Shown here piece by piece: positions 19,285 to 28,519 of a stretch of DNA of 64,000 bases. Positions within the stretch are counted from its first letter, which is position 1. Each line of letters begins with the position of its first letter. Both the position numbers and the translations under genes were made by a program. This stretch comes from an uncultured Planctomycetia bacterium (GTDB taxonomy: Bacteria; Omnitrophota; Gorgyraeia; Tantalellales; Tantalellaceae). The notes under the pieces are model-generated. The model was not told the DNA's origin and searched no databases. It worked only from the letters and a program-made list of their open reading frames with translations. The stretch spans positions 72,538 through 136,537 of the forward strand of contig CAYQUS010000002.1 of assembly GCA_964421015.1 (NCBI GenBank), read 5' to 3'.

Positions 19285-20208
19285 CTATATTTTACCAACA
19301 AGATCCCGGGACCTCTTCACTCCGTGTCTTCCGAGATATTCCAGAAATTCATCCAGGATCCTTCCGTGAGCCGATGGATCCCTTAAGCTGGCCGTTCCCA
19401 CCTGCACCGCGGAGGCGCCGGCAAGCATGAATTCAGCTACATCCGTACCGTTCATTATTCCGCCTATCCCCACAACCGGTATTTTGACGGCTTTGTATAC
19501 GTCCCTGACAGCTTTAAGAGCAAGAGGTTTTATGGCCGGGCCGCTGAGTCCGCCGACAACTCGGTTAAAATAAGGCCTCTGTCTTTCGGCGTCGACCACT
19601 ATACCCTGATAAGTGTTTACAGCGGCTATGGCGTCAGCCCCGGCGGTTTCGGCCGCCACCGCTATTTCCCCTATATCCGTGACGTTGGGGGAAAGCTTTA
19701 CTATGATGGGACGCCTGGTGGCCTTTCTTGCTTCCTTAACGGTTTTTGCGACGGCCTTGGCGTCCTGCGCCAAAAGCCGGCCGCTTTTTTCCCCGTGAGC
19801 CACGTTCGGGCATGACAGGTTCATTTCAACGGCATCCGGGAAATCGCCGTCAGAAAGGATTTCGGCGCATCTAGAGGCATCTCCTTTCTGCATTACGGAA
19901 AAACTCACGACTATTTTCGCTTTCTGTTCTTTAAGCCATCCGTACTTGTTTTCCCGGAACCACAAAGCGCCCTTATTTTCAAGCCCTATGGAATTCATCA
20001 TTCCCGAGGCAGTCTCTATTACTCGCGGCGGAAGGTTCCCTTCTCTTTCGGTCAGCGTAACCGTCTTGGTGACAATAGCCCCGACCCTGCCCAGGTCTGT
20101 ATAGCTTTCGAGCTCCTCTCCAGATCCGCATGTCCCCGACGCCAGCCATACAGGGTTATGAAATCCGGAAGTTCCTATCGCCAGCGAAAGATCCGTCACG
20201 GGGAACAC
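19285..20208 (-). CDS. pyrD: Dihydroorotate dehydrogenase (class 1B) catalytic subunit
   Basis: NPVWLASGT motif and FMN-binding TIM barrel. Confidence 0.9.
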   Translation of the reverse strand: MFPVTDLSLAIGTSGFHNPVWLASGTCGSGEELESYTDLGRVGAIVTKTVTLTEREGNLPPRVIETASGMMNSIGLENKGALWFRENKYGWLKEQKAKIVVSFSVMQKGDASRCAEILSDGDFPDAVEMNLSCPNVAHGEKSGRLLAQDAKAVAKTVKEARKATRRPIIVKLSPNVTDIGEIAVAAETAGADAIAAVNTYQGIVVDAERQRPYFNRVVGGLSGPAIKPLALKAVRDVYKAVKIPVVGIGGIMNGTDVAEFMLAGASAVQVGTASLRDPSAHGRILDEFLEYLGRHGVKRSRDLVGKI

Positions 20209-21080
20209 CCCTCTTTTTTTTCCCAGATGATCTCATCTGAGTAAAACACAGGGCCGTCCTTGCACGCGAGACGCAGGCCCGTAACCGTTCTCACCGCGCA
20301 GCCCCGGCAAACACCCGTACCGCAAGCCATATATGGATCCATCGAGACCTGGGTCCGTAAACCTTTTTGCGCTGTTACTCGTGCCAGCGCGGCAAGCATG
20401 GGTTCGGGCCCGCAGGCATATATCTCCGGGGTTTTCCCTCCGAGCTCTTTTTCAAGAAACTCATTTACCGCGCAGGTTACAAATCCTTTTATCCCTGAAC
20501 TCCCGTCATCGGTGGCAACCCTTACCTCGCAGCCGGCTGTCCTGAATTCTTCCGCCAGCGTCACGCAATTTTTGGAGGACGCCCCGATGAAAACCGTTAC
20601 CTCGCCGCCTCTTTTGACGAGCTCTTCCGCCAGAGCGTACAAAGGAGCTGTTCCGTGCCCTCCGGCTACAAGCAGACTCGGCTTTTTATCCTCCGGGGTT
20701 TCTTTTCCAAGATCAAATCCGTTGCCGAGGGGCCCCAGGACATTCAGTTTCTCTCCGGGGATTTTGCCTGAAAGCATTCTAGTCGCGGTGCCGACAACTT
20801 TATAAAAAAGGGATATACCTTTTTTTGTTATACGGTGCACTCCCAGGGGGATCCTTAAGAAGGGGTCCGTAAGTTCTTCCGAGACCAGAACGTTGACAAA
20901 CTGCCCGGGCGCTGCTTTTACCGCCAGGCCGGGACTTTCCAGTTCCATTAGATAATGCCCGGGGCACACTCTTTCATTGGATATTATCCCCGCAGATACG
21001 ACTTTCCCTTTTGTTTCCATTTTTACTGACCGGCTTCCCTCGTCTATTCCAGGACGACTTTTCCGTCTACTATAACACAA
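20196..21080 (-). CDS. pyrK: Dihydroorotate dehydrogenase electron-transfer subunit
   Basis: FAD/NAD-binding domain plus C-terminal CxxGxCxxC [2Fe-2S] motif (CGTGVCRGC). Confidence 0.85.
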   Translation of the reverse strand: MCYSRRKSRPGIDEGSRSVKMETKGKVVSAGIISNERVCPGHYLMELESPGLAVKAAPGQFVNVLVSEELTDPFLRIPLGVHRITKKGISLFYKVVGTATRMLSGKIPGEKLNVLGPLGNGFDLGKETPEDKKPSLLVAGGHGTAPLYALAEELVKRGGEVTVFIGASSKNCVTLAEEFRTAGCEVRVATDDGSSGIKGFVTCAVNEFLEKELGGKTPEIYACGPEPMLAALARVTAQKGLRTQVSMDPYMACGTGVCRGCAVRTVTGLRLACKDGPVFYSDEIIWEKKEGCSP

Positions 21081-22315
21081 ATCACTCTAGCTTTCATCTT
21101 TTTCCCGATAAAGGGAGTGTTCCTGGAAAGCGATCTTATGTCCTCTTTTCTGTAAACCCATTCCTCTTCTGGGTCTATCACCGCTATATCGGCCCAGGAC
21201 CCTTCTTTTATGCTGCCTCTGTCCAGCCCGAGTATCCCCGCGGGATTTTGCGTAAGCTTCTGTATCAGTTGCGGCCAGGTGAGCTGTTTTGTTTCGACAA
21301 GGCTCTTGACCGCGAGCGACAACGCCGTTTCAAGCCCTATCATCCCGAAAGGTGCGTGATCGAACTCTTTCTGTTTCTCGTTCTCGGGATGAGGAGCGTG
21401 GTCGGTGGCGATAACATCAATGGTTCCGTCTTTCAGTCCTTTTCTTACCGCCGAGACGTCGCTCTTTGCCCTGAGGGGAGGATTTACTTTCAGATTAGTG
21501 TCGTAAGTCTTAAGGTCCTCGTCGGAGAGGGTGAAGTGATGCGGCGTTACCTCCGCGGTAACCTTCACTCCCCTGGCCTTGGCTCTTCTTATGATCTCCA
21601 CGCTTTCACCGCAGGAAACATGCGCTATGTGCAGCCTGGCTCCGGATATTTCCGCCAGAGCGATATCCCTTTCCACTATCGTCGTCTCCGACACCGCGGG
21701 GATCGGCGCGAGCCCTAGAACCGTCGACCAGTACCCCTCGTGCATTACTCCGTCCCCGGCCAGGCTTTTATCCTCGCAATGCGCTATTACCACCAGATCG
21801 CACATCGCAGCGTATTCCATCGCTTTTCTTGCTACCCCCGAATCCTTCACCGAATCTCCGTCATCAGAAACCCCAAGGCATCCGGCCTCTTTAAGCTCCG
21901 CCATTTCGGTTATTTCTTCTCCCTTTCGGTCCTTTGTTATGGCTCCGATAGGGATAACATGGCCTTTTCCCGTGGCCGCGGCTTTATCGATTATAAATTT
22001 CGCGTCTCCCGCCGTCTGGCACGCGGGTCTGGTGTTCGGCATGGCGCATACCGTCGTGAACCCTCCCCGGACGGCGCATTCCAAACCTGTCGCTATTGTC
22101 TCCGCGTCCTCGCGTCCGGGTTCCCTTAAATGCGTGTGCATATCTATGAACCCGGGGGCGACTATTTTTCCCGAAGCGTCTATCACCTTGGCCGCCTGCT
22201 CTTTTATTTTTCCTCCGAGCTTAACAACCTTGCCCTTGTCTATCAGTATGTCGCCGACGGAATCCATTCCCGAAACCGGATCTATCAACCTTCCGTTCTT
22301 TATCAGAATTTTCAT
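21044..22315 (-). CDS. pyrC: Dihydroorotase
   Basis: DxHTHLREPG metal-binding motif. Confidence 0.9.
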   Translation of the reverse strand: MKILIKNGRLIDPVSGMDSVGDILIDKGKVVKLGGKIKEQAAKVIDASGKIVAPGFIDMHTHLREPGREDAETIATGLECAVRGGFTTVCAMPNTRPACQTAGDAKFIIDKAAATGKGHVIPIGAITKDRKGEEITEMAELKEAGCLGVSDDGDSVKDSGVARKAMEYAAMCDLVVIAHCEDKSLAGDGVMHEGYWSTVLGLAPIPAVSETTIVERDIALAEISGARLHIAHVSCGESVEIIRRAKARGVKVTAEVTPHHFTLSDEDLKTYDTNLKVNPPLRAKSDVSAVRKGLKDGTIDVIATDHAPHPENEKQKEFDHAPFGMIGLETALSLAVKSLVETKQLTWPQLIQKLTQNPAGILGLDRGSIKEGSWADIAVIDPEEEWVYRKEDIRSLSRNTPFIGKKMKARVICVIVDGKVVLE

Positions 22316-22344
22316 CTTTCCCTTCCGTTTTTTGTGGTCCTTCT

Positions 22345-23289
22345 CTAATTTTTTATCTGACTGAGGAGAAACAGCACCGCCATCCTTACCGCCACGCCGT
22401 TTGTAACCTGGTCAAGTATCACGGCGTGTTCGCTGTCCGCCGCGTCCTGGCTGAGCTCCACCCCCCTGTTTATCGGACCGGGATGAAGGATAAGCATTTT
22501 TTTACCGGCGAACCTTTCCAGTTTTTCTTTGTCTATTCCGAAACACCTGGAGTATTCTCTTATGCTCGGGAAGTTCCCCTTTTTCTGCCTTTCCAGCTGT
22601 ATTCGAAGAACGTTCACCGCGTCGGCTTTTGCCAGGGCTTCCTTGAGACTGTACGTGACTTTTACTCCCATCTTTTCTATCTCCGCCGGGATAAGGGTCT
22701 TGGGACCGCATACCGTCACGCTGGCGCCGAGCCTGGTAAGCGCCAGTATGTTGCTTCTGGCCACTCTGGAGTGAGCGATATCCCCTATTATGCTGACATT
22801 AAGTCCTTTTACTCGCCCGAGCTTCTGTCTTATGGTCATAATGTCCAACAGCGCCTGTGTCGGGTGCTCGTGCGCTCCGTCTCCCGCGTTCACCACCGAG
22901 GAGTTCACGCATCCCGCGAGGAAATGCGGGGCTCCCGGACACGAATGCCTTATCACTATCATGTCCGTCTGCATGGCTTCTATGTTCCTCGCGGTATCTT
23001 TAAGCGTTTCCCCTTTCAGAAAGCTCGAAGAGGAAACCGTGAGGCTGAGCGTGTCCGCGCTCAACCTTTTCGCGGCCAGCTCGAAAGAAGCCCTCGTCCT
23101 GGTTGATGGTTCGCAGAAGAGAGTGACGATCGTTTTGCCTCTAAGTGTCGGGACTTTCGGGATAGGCCTTGTAAGGACTTCTTTAAACCCCTCGGCCTGG
23201 TCAATAATGACCGTTATTTCCTCGCCGGAGAGTTCTTCTATCCCTAAAAGGTGCTTCTTTGTCCATTTGACGCTTTCGGTTTTTTTCAT
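22345..23289 (-). CDS. pyrB: Aspartate carbamoyltransferase catalytic subunit
   Basis: STRTR carbamoyl-phosphate motif and HPxQ motif. Confidence 0.9.
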   Translation of the reverse strand: MKKTESVKWTKKHLLGIEELSGEEITVIIDQAEGFKEVLTRPIPKVPTLRGKTIVTLFCEPSTRTRASFELAAKRLSADTLSLTVSSSSFLKGETLKDTARNIEAMQTDMIVIRHSCPGAPHFLAGCVNSSVVNAGDGAHEHPTQALLDIMTIRQKLGRVKGLNVSIIGDIAHSRVARSNILALTRLGASVTVCGPKTLIPAEIEKMGVKVTYSLKEALAKADAVNVLRIQLERQKKGNFPSIREYSRCFGIDKEKLERFAGKKMLILHPGPINRGVELSQDAADSEHAVILDQVTNGVAVRMAVLFLLSQIKN

Positions 23290-23846
23290 TTCCTGTCTTC
23301 TCCAGTGTTTTTGATAAGGACCACTTCCTCTTTGCCGTCGGACTCCTCAAGCCTTACTTCGATGCTTTCTTTTCTCCCGGTGGGAAGATTTTTCCCCACA
23401 TAATCAGGCCTTATGGGCAGTTCTCTGTGCCCTCTGTCGACAAGCACCGCAAGCTGTATGTTCGCGGGCCTCCCGAAATCTATGAGCTCATCCAGCGCGC
23501 ATCTTACTGTCCTCCCCGTGAACAGAACGTCGTCCACAAGCACTATTTTCACCCCGGTTATATCGAACTCTATCTCCGTGGAGTGGACCACAGGCTGCTC
23601 TGCCACTTCGGTAAGGTCATCCCTGTAAAGGGTTATGTCCACGGCTCCCACCGGGACTTTTTTCCCCTCTATTCTCTCAAGGTCGGCGGCTATCCTTTCG
23701 GCCAGGAAAGCTCCGCGGGATTTTATCCCTATTACCGCGAGGTTTTCCACTCCCTGATTTTTTTCGACTATCTCATGGGCGATCCTTCGGGTAACCCTCT
23801 TTATCGCCTCTTTGTCCATCACTTTTGATTCTTTTGCCGTTTTCAT
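23286..23846 (-). CDS. pyrR: Bifunctional pyrimidine operon regulator / uracil phosphoribosyltransferase PyrR
   Basis: PRTase fold with [12 protein letters not shown]. First gene of the pyr operon. Confidence 0.85.
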   Translation of the reverse strand: MKTAKESKVMDKEAIKRVTRRIAHEIVEKNQGVENLAVIGIKSRGAFLAERIAADLERIEGKKVPVGAVDITLYRDDLTEVAEQPVVHSTEIEFDITGVKIVLVDDVLFTGRTVRCALDELIDFGRPANIQLAVLVDRGHRELPIRPDYVGKNLPTGRKESIEVRLEESDGKEEVVLIKNTGEDRK

Positions 23847-23888
23847 TTATCTGCCCGCCTTTTGTCTCCCTTGCCTGAAAAAAATCCC

Positions 23889-24034
23889 TAAAATAAAAAA
23901 GCCTCCCTGTCAAAAGACAAGCAGGCTATCGTGTTATCGTCATACATCCTTTCCCCTTTTGCTGCTTCTCAGAGCAGCATTAAAAGGCAAACTTCGCTTT
24001 TATCGATGATACTACCCCCTTAAGGGGTTGTCAA
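23889..24034 (-). promoter_or_regulatory. pyr operon leader: sigma70-like promoter, hairpin, and strong intrinsic-terminator-like hairpin (candidate PyrR attenuator)
   Basis: On the minus strand: TTGACA (24034-24029), 17-nt spacer, TATCAT (24011-24006). 6-bp hairpin GCUGCU-CUGAGA-AGCAGC (23978-23961). 12-bp hairpin AGCCUGCUUGUC-UUUU-GACAGGGAGGCU (23927-23900) followed by a U-rich tail (UUUUUUAUUUU, 23899-23889) 43 nt before the pyrR ATG. The 3' arm ACAGGGAGGCU resembles the PyrR box ARUCCNGNGAGGYU. Confidence 0.4.
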
Positions 24035-24048
24035 GCTTTATCCTCCCT

Positions 24049-24912
24049 TTAAGATAAACTCTCGCCTTCCAGGAGCATTCTCAGTATCCTGTCCAGATCT
24101 TCTTTTGAAAAATACTGTATCTCTATCCTTCCTCTCTTTTTCCCGTGTTTTATCACTACTCTCGTTCCGAACTTGTGCTGAAGCTTTTCTTCTACGCTTT
24201 CTGTTTCAACGTCCTTTTTCTTTCCCTCTCTTGAGAGAGACATTCCGAACCGGCGTACCATGTTCTCGGTTTCTCTTACCGAAAGTCCTTTCTTTAAAAT
24301 AGCTTGCAGAACTTTTTTTCTTCTCTGATCATTCGGCGCGGATAAAAGAGCTTTGGCGTGCCCTGCCGATATTCTCCCTTCTTCCAGAAGGTCCAGGGTC
24401 TCCTTTGCCAAGGTTAAAAGGCGCAGACTGTTAGACACGGTGGTTTTATCTTTGCCCATCATCTGACCCACCTTGTCAAGAGTGTACTCGAACTTATCAA
24501 TAAGCTCTTTGTACGCTGTTGCCTCTTCTACCGCATTCAGTTCTTCTCTCTGAATATTTTCTATCAGGGATATTTCCAAAGAATTAGCATCGTCAATATC
24601 TCTTCTGACTATTACCGGAACCTCTTCCAGTTTCAATTCTTGGGCGGCTCTCCACCTTCGTTCTCCTGCTATTATTTCGTATTTTTCCCCAAAAGGCCGG
24701 ACTAAAATGGGCTGTATAATCCCCTTCTCTCTTAGAGAATTTACTAATTCCTCCATTTTGTCTGTGGAGAAACGTTTTCTTGGCTGAAATGGATTTGGAA
24801 TTAAGAGGTTGGTATTTACTCTTTCCACTTTTTCCTTACTTTTTGTTACATCTCCCGAAATAAGAGCATCCAGGCCCTTACCCAATCTCTTTTCCGTATT
24901 CTTGATTTCCAT
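24049..24912 (-). CDS. parB: Chromosome partitioning protein ParB/Spo0J
   Basis: GLDALI N-terminal box, ParB box II (GERRWRAA), HTH. Confidence 0.9.
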   Translation of the reverse strand: MEIKNTEKRLGKGLDALISGDVTKSKEKVERVNTNLLIPNPFQPRKRFSTDKMEELVNSLREKGIIQPILVRPFGEKYEIIAGERRWRAAQELKLEEVPVIVRRDIDDANSLEISLIENIQREELNAVEEATAYKELIDKFEYTLDKVGQMMGKDKTTVSNSLRLLTLAKETLDLLEEGRISAGHAKALLSAPNDQRRKKVLQAILKKGLSVRETENMVRRFGMSLSREGKKKDVETESVEEKLQHKFGTRVVIKHGKKRGRIEIQYFSKEDLDRILRMLLEGESLS

Positions 24913-25720
24913 TTATTTCAACTCCTTTATTTAAAACTGGTTCTGCACATTTTTCTTCATTATTTTTTAGCCCAAGTATTTCTTTTACGGCATCCTCGTA
25001 TTTTTTTGCCCCGATGGACGTCGGATCGTACAAGGCTATGGGTTTCCCGAAGCCCGGAGCTTCTGTCAGTTTTACTGTTCTTGGTATAATTGACTTATAA
25101 ACCTTTTCTCCAAAATGCTTTATTACTTCATTGATCACTTCTTTTGTGAGATTGGTTCTGTAGTCGGCAAGAGTCATCAATACACCTTCCACAAACAGTT
25201 TTTCATTAAGATTATCTCTTATAAGATCTAGTGTTTGCATAAGTTGGCTTAGTCCCTCTAGAGCATAATATTCGCATTGTATTGGTATTATAACAGAGTT
25301 TGCGGCGGTAAGCCCGTTTATCGTCAAAAGACCAAGTGATGGGGGACAGTCCAAAACAACAAAATCAAAACGGCTTTTCATCTCTTGCAGGGCTTTTCTG
25401 AGCCTGTATTCACGCCCCATAACATTCACAAGCTCAACTTCAGCTCCTGTCAGGCTTATGCTGGAAGGAATTATTTTAAGTTTGTCTATTTCTGTAGCCA
25501 TAATCGCCATATCTATGGGAATATGCTCGTGTAAAACATTGTATACACTGTTAGTTATCTCGCGCTTATTTATTCCCACACCGCTTGTAGCGTTTGCCTG
25601 TGGATCAAGATCTATTAGGAGAGTATCTTTGCCGTACAATGCCAGATATGCGGCTATATTGATAGCCGACGTCGTTTTAGCCACGCCGCCTTTCTGATTA
25701 CAAAAAGCTATTTTTTTCAT
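24878..25720 (-). CDS. parA: Chromosome partitioning ATPase ParA/Soj
   Basis: Deviant Walker A KGGVAKTT. 3' end overlaps parB by 35 nt. Confidence 0.9.
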   Translation of the reverse strand: MKKIAFCNQKGGVAKTTSAINIAAYLALYGKDTLLIDLDPQANATSGVGINKREITNSVYNVLHEHIPIDMAIMATEIDKLKIIPSSISLTGAEVELVNVMGREYRLRKALQEMKSRFDFVVLDCPPSLGLLTINGLTAANSVIIPIQCEYYALEGLSQLMQTLDLIRDNLNEKLFVEGVLMTLADYRTNLTKEVINEVIKHFGEKVYKSIIPRTVKLTEAPGFGKPIALYDPTSIGAKKYEDAVKEILGLKNNEEKCAEPVLNKGVEINGNQEYGKEIG

Positions 25721-25816
25721 ATGAGTCTCTTTGTTATTGGAGGGGGTAATTTTAATTGTCTGGAGTATACCATATATAAGGAAGGTATGTCAATAATTAA
25801 AACTTTTTCCTTCTGA

Positions 25817-25836
25817 AAGTTTCCACGTGGAAACTT
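25817..25836. promoter_or_regulatory. parS-like perfect palindrome AAGTTTCCAC|GTGGAAACTT (copy 1)
   Basis: Perfect 20-bp inverted repeat with CACGTG core, upstream of parA. Confidence 0.45.
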
Positions 25837-25883
25837 TTTTAGCCTATGTTTTCTTGCAGGGGAGGGGGCGCGGATTTTTCGGA

Positions 25884-25903
25884 ATGTTTCCACGTGGAAA
25901 CTT
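25884..25903. promoter_or_regulatory. parS-like palindrome AATGTTTCCAC|GTGGAAACTTT (copy 2)
   Basis: Identical 16-bp core GTTTCCACGTGGAAAC, 67 bp from copy 1. Confidence 0.45.
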
Positions 25904-25943
25904 TGGGCATTCATCTGGAAAAGTTTTCTGCTGTAATGGGGAA

Positions 25944-26159
25944 TTACTCTGCTTTTAGCGGCTTGTGTTCGAGGGTAACTCTTACTTTCGCGGGCTCAGC
26001 CCCTTGCATGCCAAAAAGACCTTTTTGCTCTTCTTTAAGAACCTCTATTGAAACTTCTTGTTCGGTAGCGTTGAGCTTTTTTAGCGCTTTCTTTATGGCG
26101 TCTTTTACGGTTTTTCCTTCAACTTCTATTGTTCTTTCCTGATTTCTTTGAGGATTCAT
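25944..26159 (-). CDS. Jag_N (KhpB N-terminal) domain-only small protein
   Basis: 71 aa. TIEVEGKTVKDAIKKALKKL...AKVRV matches the Jag_N fold. Sits where jag/khpB normally follows yidC, but no KH or R3H domain. Confidence 0.55.
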   Translation of the reverse strand: MNPQRNQERTIEVEGKTVKDAIKKALKKLNATEQEVSIEVLKEEQKGLFGMQGAEPAKVRVTLEHKPLKAE

Positions 26160-27769
26160 TTTTCTTCCTCCAAGCGTACGCTTATTATTTTCTGTCCGGT
26201 AGTCATCAAAATGGTGTTGGTGAGCCAGTAGAGCACCAGACCCGACGGCATCCCGTAAAACATAAAACCGAAAATTACAGGCATCATTAGCATCATCATT
26301 TTTTGCTGGCTTTTCTGATCTTCGGTCATATCTTTCGCTGCTGCTGTTTGTGTGAACTTTTGCTGCAACGCCATCATCGCCACCATCATTAGCGGCAGGA
26401 TGTTAATACTATTCCCAATAACCGGCAGTTTAAAGGGCAAGGGTACCGCATCGGGTTTTGCCAGGTCTTTTATCCAGAGAAAAGACGCTCCTTTGAGCTC
26501 TATGGATCTTATTAACCCCTGGTACAAGGCAATGAAAATTGGCATCTGAAGCAGGAGGGGAAGACATCCCCCCAGAGGGTTAACGTTATTTTTTTTGTAC
26601 AGTTCCATTGTCTCTTTGTTAAGTTTCTGCGGGTTATCTTTGTGAAGTTCTTTTAACTTCATTATGTGCGGCTGAATTTTTTTCATCTGGTGCATAGATA
26701 CGAAACTCTTAACCGCAAGGGGGAAAAGCAACAGATTTACGCTTATTGTAAGCAGTATTATGGCTACTCCCCAGTTGTGAGTAAGGCCGAAAAAGAATCT
26801 AAGAACAACCAGTAGAGCTTTGCTGACTCCTCCGAAAAATCCATAGTTCACAGCCGAGGTCATATCTTTGCTGACCTTGGCTATTTCTTTTTCATTGAGA
26901 GGCCCCGCGTATAGTATATACTCCTGTCTTATCTCTGCTCCCGGGGCGATAGTCCACGCGCCGAAGGAAAGCTCTGTCATCAGGCTTCCAGGCGTATCTT
27001 CTTTTATGGTAGCGCTTTTTGTAGAGATCTCTGGCTTCAAAATTATCCCGTAGTACCTGTTTTTTACGGCAGCCCATTCAGCAAGGCCCTTTCTTTCTTG
27101 CGGACCTTTAACTTTTGAGGCTTTCCATATCTTTCCGTCCATCAGTACGTTGGCTTCCAGAAAACTTCTTCCCGAAACGCTCCCGTTTTCCTGTATACCT
27201 CCGGGACCTGAGAGGGAATACTCTATTTCTTTTTTGCCTTGTGACAGATTCTCTATCTTTACTTCCATTTTGACGGCATGATCGTTCTGCCCATATGTGT
27301 ATGTTTTTGTGACCTTAAGCCAGTTCTCTTCAATTCGTGTAAATTCCACAAAGCCGGGACCTTCTTTTATTTCAAACTTTGCTGTTTCTATCCCGTTTAA
27401 AATAGGTAAGTTAAGAGTAAATATCCTGTTCTCAAGCTGTTGCTGGAAGTAGATCCTCTCTTTAACATCTGCTTTCCCGGTTTGCTCATAAACGCTTATT
27501 TCTTTAAGATTTGCTCCCAGATCCGAGAAAACAAGTTCCGTAACACCGTTCCTTATTGTTACTGTATTTTCAGGATCACGGCTTTGCTCTATATCTTTTG
27601 CCTTTACCTTGTCCTCGAAGAGCTTTTCTTTTTCCGTGTTTTGAGTGTAAGTATTTTTATTGTAAGTAGTTGCGATTTTATTTTGGGAAGGTTTGGGAGA
27701 AATTAGCTGAAAACCAAAGAGTATCAAAAGGGACAGCCCGACCGCTATTACCATTCGCTTTTCCATCAA
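26156..27769 (-). CDS. yidC: Membrane protein insertase YidC
   Basis: Large periplasmic domain plus conserved C-terminal 5-TM core (GGCLPLLLQMPIFIALY). Confidence 0.9.
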   Translation of the reverse strand: MMEKRMVIAVGLSLLILFGFQLISPKPSQNKIATTYNKNTYTQNTEKEKLFEDKVKAKDIEQSRDPENTVTIRNGVTELVFSDLGANLKEISVYEQTGKADVKERIYFQQQLENRIFTLNLPILNGIETAKFEIKEGPGFVEFTRIEENWLKVTKTYTYGQNDHAVKMEVKIENLSQGKKEIEYSLSGPGGIQENGSVSGRSFLEANVLMDGKIWKASKVKGPQERKGLAEWAAVKNRYYGIILKPEISTKSATIKEDTPGSLMTELSFGAWTIAPGAEIRQEYILYAGPLNEKEIAKVSKDMTSAVNYGFFGGVSKALLVVLRFFFGLTHNWGVAIILLTISVNLLLFPLAVKSFVSMHQMKKIQPHIMKLKELHKDNPQKLNKETMELYKKNNVNPLGGCLPLLLQMPIFIALYQGLIRSIELKGASFLWIKDLAKPDAVPLPFKLPVIGNSINILPLMMVAMMALQQKFTQTAAAKDMTEDQKSQQKMMMLMMPVIFGFMFYGMPSGLVLYWLTNTILMTTGQKIISVRLEEEK

Positions 27770-28038
27770 ATATCCTCTTCTGTTTTTGTTTGTTTCACTA
27801 CCGGATCATATCCGCCCGGGGAAAAAGGGTTACATCTTAACACTCTCCATAAAGCTCTTCTCAGGCCGCCTAAAACCCCATATACTTCCACGGCTTCCCG
27901 GGCATAATCAGAACACGTAGGCTCAAATCTGCAACTACTACCAAATAAAGGACTTATAAACTTTTTATAGCCGCCGAGAATTTGTATAACGGCCTCTTTG
28001 CCTTTCTCAGAAAAAGCCGTTCCCGACCGCTTTTTCAT
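27766..28038 (-). CDS. yidD: Membrane protein insertion efficiency factor YidD
   Basis: YxxxISPxxGxxCRFxPTCSxYA motif. Confidence 0.85.
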   Translation of the reverse strand: MKKRSGTAFSEKGKEAVIQILGGYKKFISPLFGSSCRFEPTCSDYAREAVEVYGVLGGLRRALWRVLRCNPFSPGGYDPVVKQTKTEEDI

Positions 28039-28385
28039 GTTTTCTCCGATATTCTTTCCAGGACGTCCGTAAGATCGTTCCGAAGGGCCCCGTAGATCTC
28101 TTTTCTGCTTTTGTTTTTAACGGGGCCGTCCAGTCTGACCACGATCTCGGTTTTTCTTTTGAATCTGTCCGCTTTCTCGCCGCAGACAGCGTAGATTATC
28201 CTGCGAAGGTAATTTCTCCCAGTAGCTAGCGGTTCTGTCTTTTTTGAAACTATCACCCCTGCCGAAAGCCTCGAGATTTCAGGACATATCCTGAAAAACG
28301 CCGTTATCCAGCCTTTCCTTATTTTTTCCCCTTTTTTCAGGATCTCGGCGAATTCAGCGGATTTGCGGACATGCTTTATCTTCAC
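28035..28385 (-). CDS. rnpA: Ribonuclease P protein component
   Basis: RNR-like basic motif region. GTG start overlapping the rpmH stop (GTGA). Confidence 0.85.
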   Translation of the reverse strand: MKIKHVRKSAEFAEILKKGEKIRKGWITAFFRICPEISRLSAGVIVSKKTEPLATGRNYLRRIIYAVCGEKADRFKRKTEIVVRLDGPVKNKSRKEIYGALRNDLTDVLERISEKT

Positions 28386-28519
28386 ACCGACAGAACTTTT
28401 CGTCCTTTTTTCCTTCTTCTGGACAGAACGGCCCTTCCGTCCTTTGAGCTCGCTCTTTTGAGAAAACCGTGTTTTCTCTTCCTTTTAAGGTTGGATTTCC
28501 TTGTAAGATTCTTTTTCAC
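28382..28519 (-). CDS. rpmH: 50S ribosomal protein L34
   Basis: Absent from the track (45 aa). Hand translation of the minus strand gives [45 protein letters not shown], a canonical L34, GTG start 5 nt after AAGGAG. Confidence 0.85.
   Translation of the reverse strand: MKKNLTRKSNLKRKRKHGFLKRASSKDGRAVLSRRRKKGRKVLSV

Noticed and set aside
25717-25914. 65-aa minus-strand ORF upstream of parA
   Set aside because: Overlaps both parS-like palindromes and the parA promoter region. No RBS. Basic low-complexity product.
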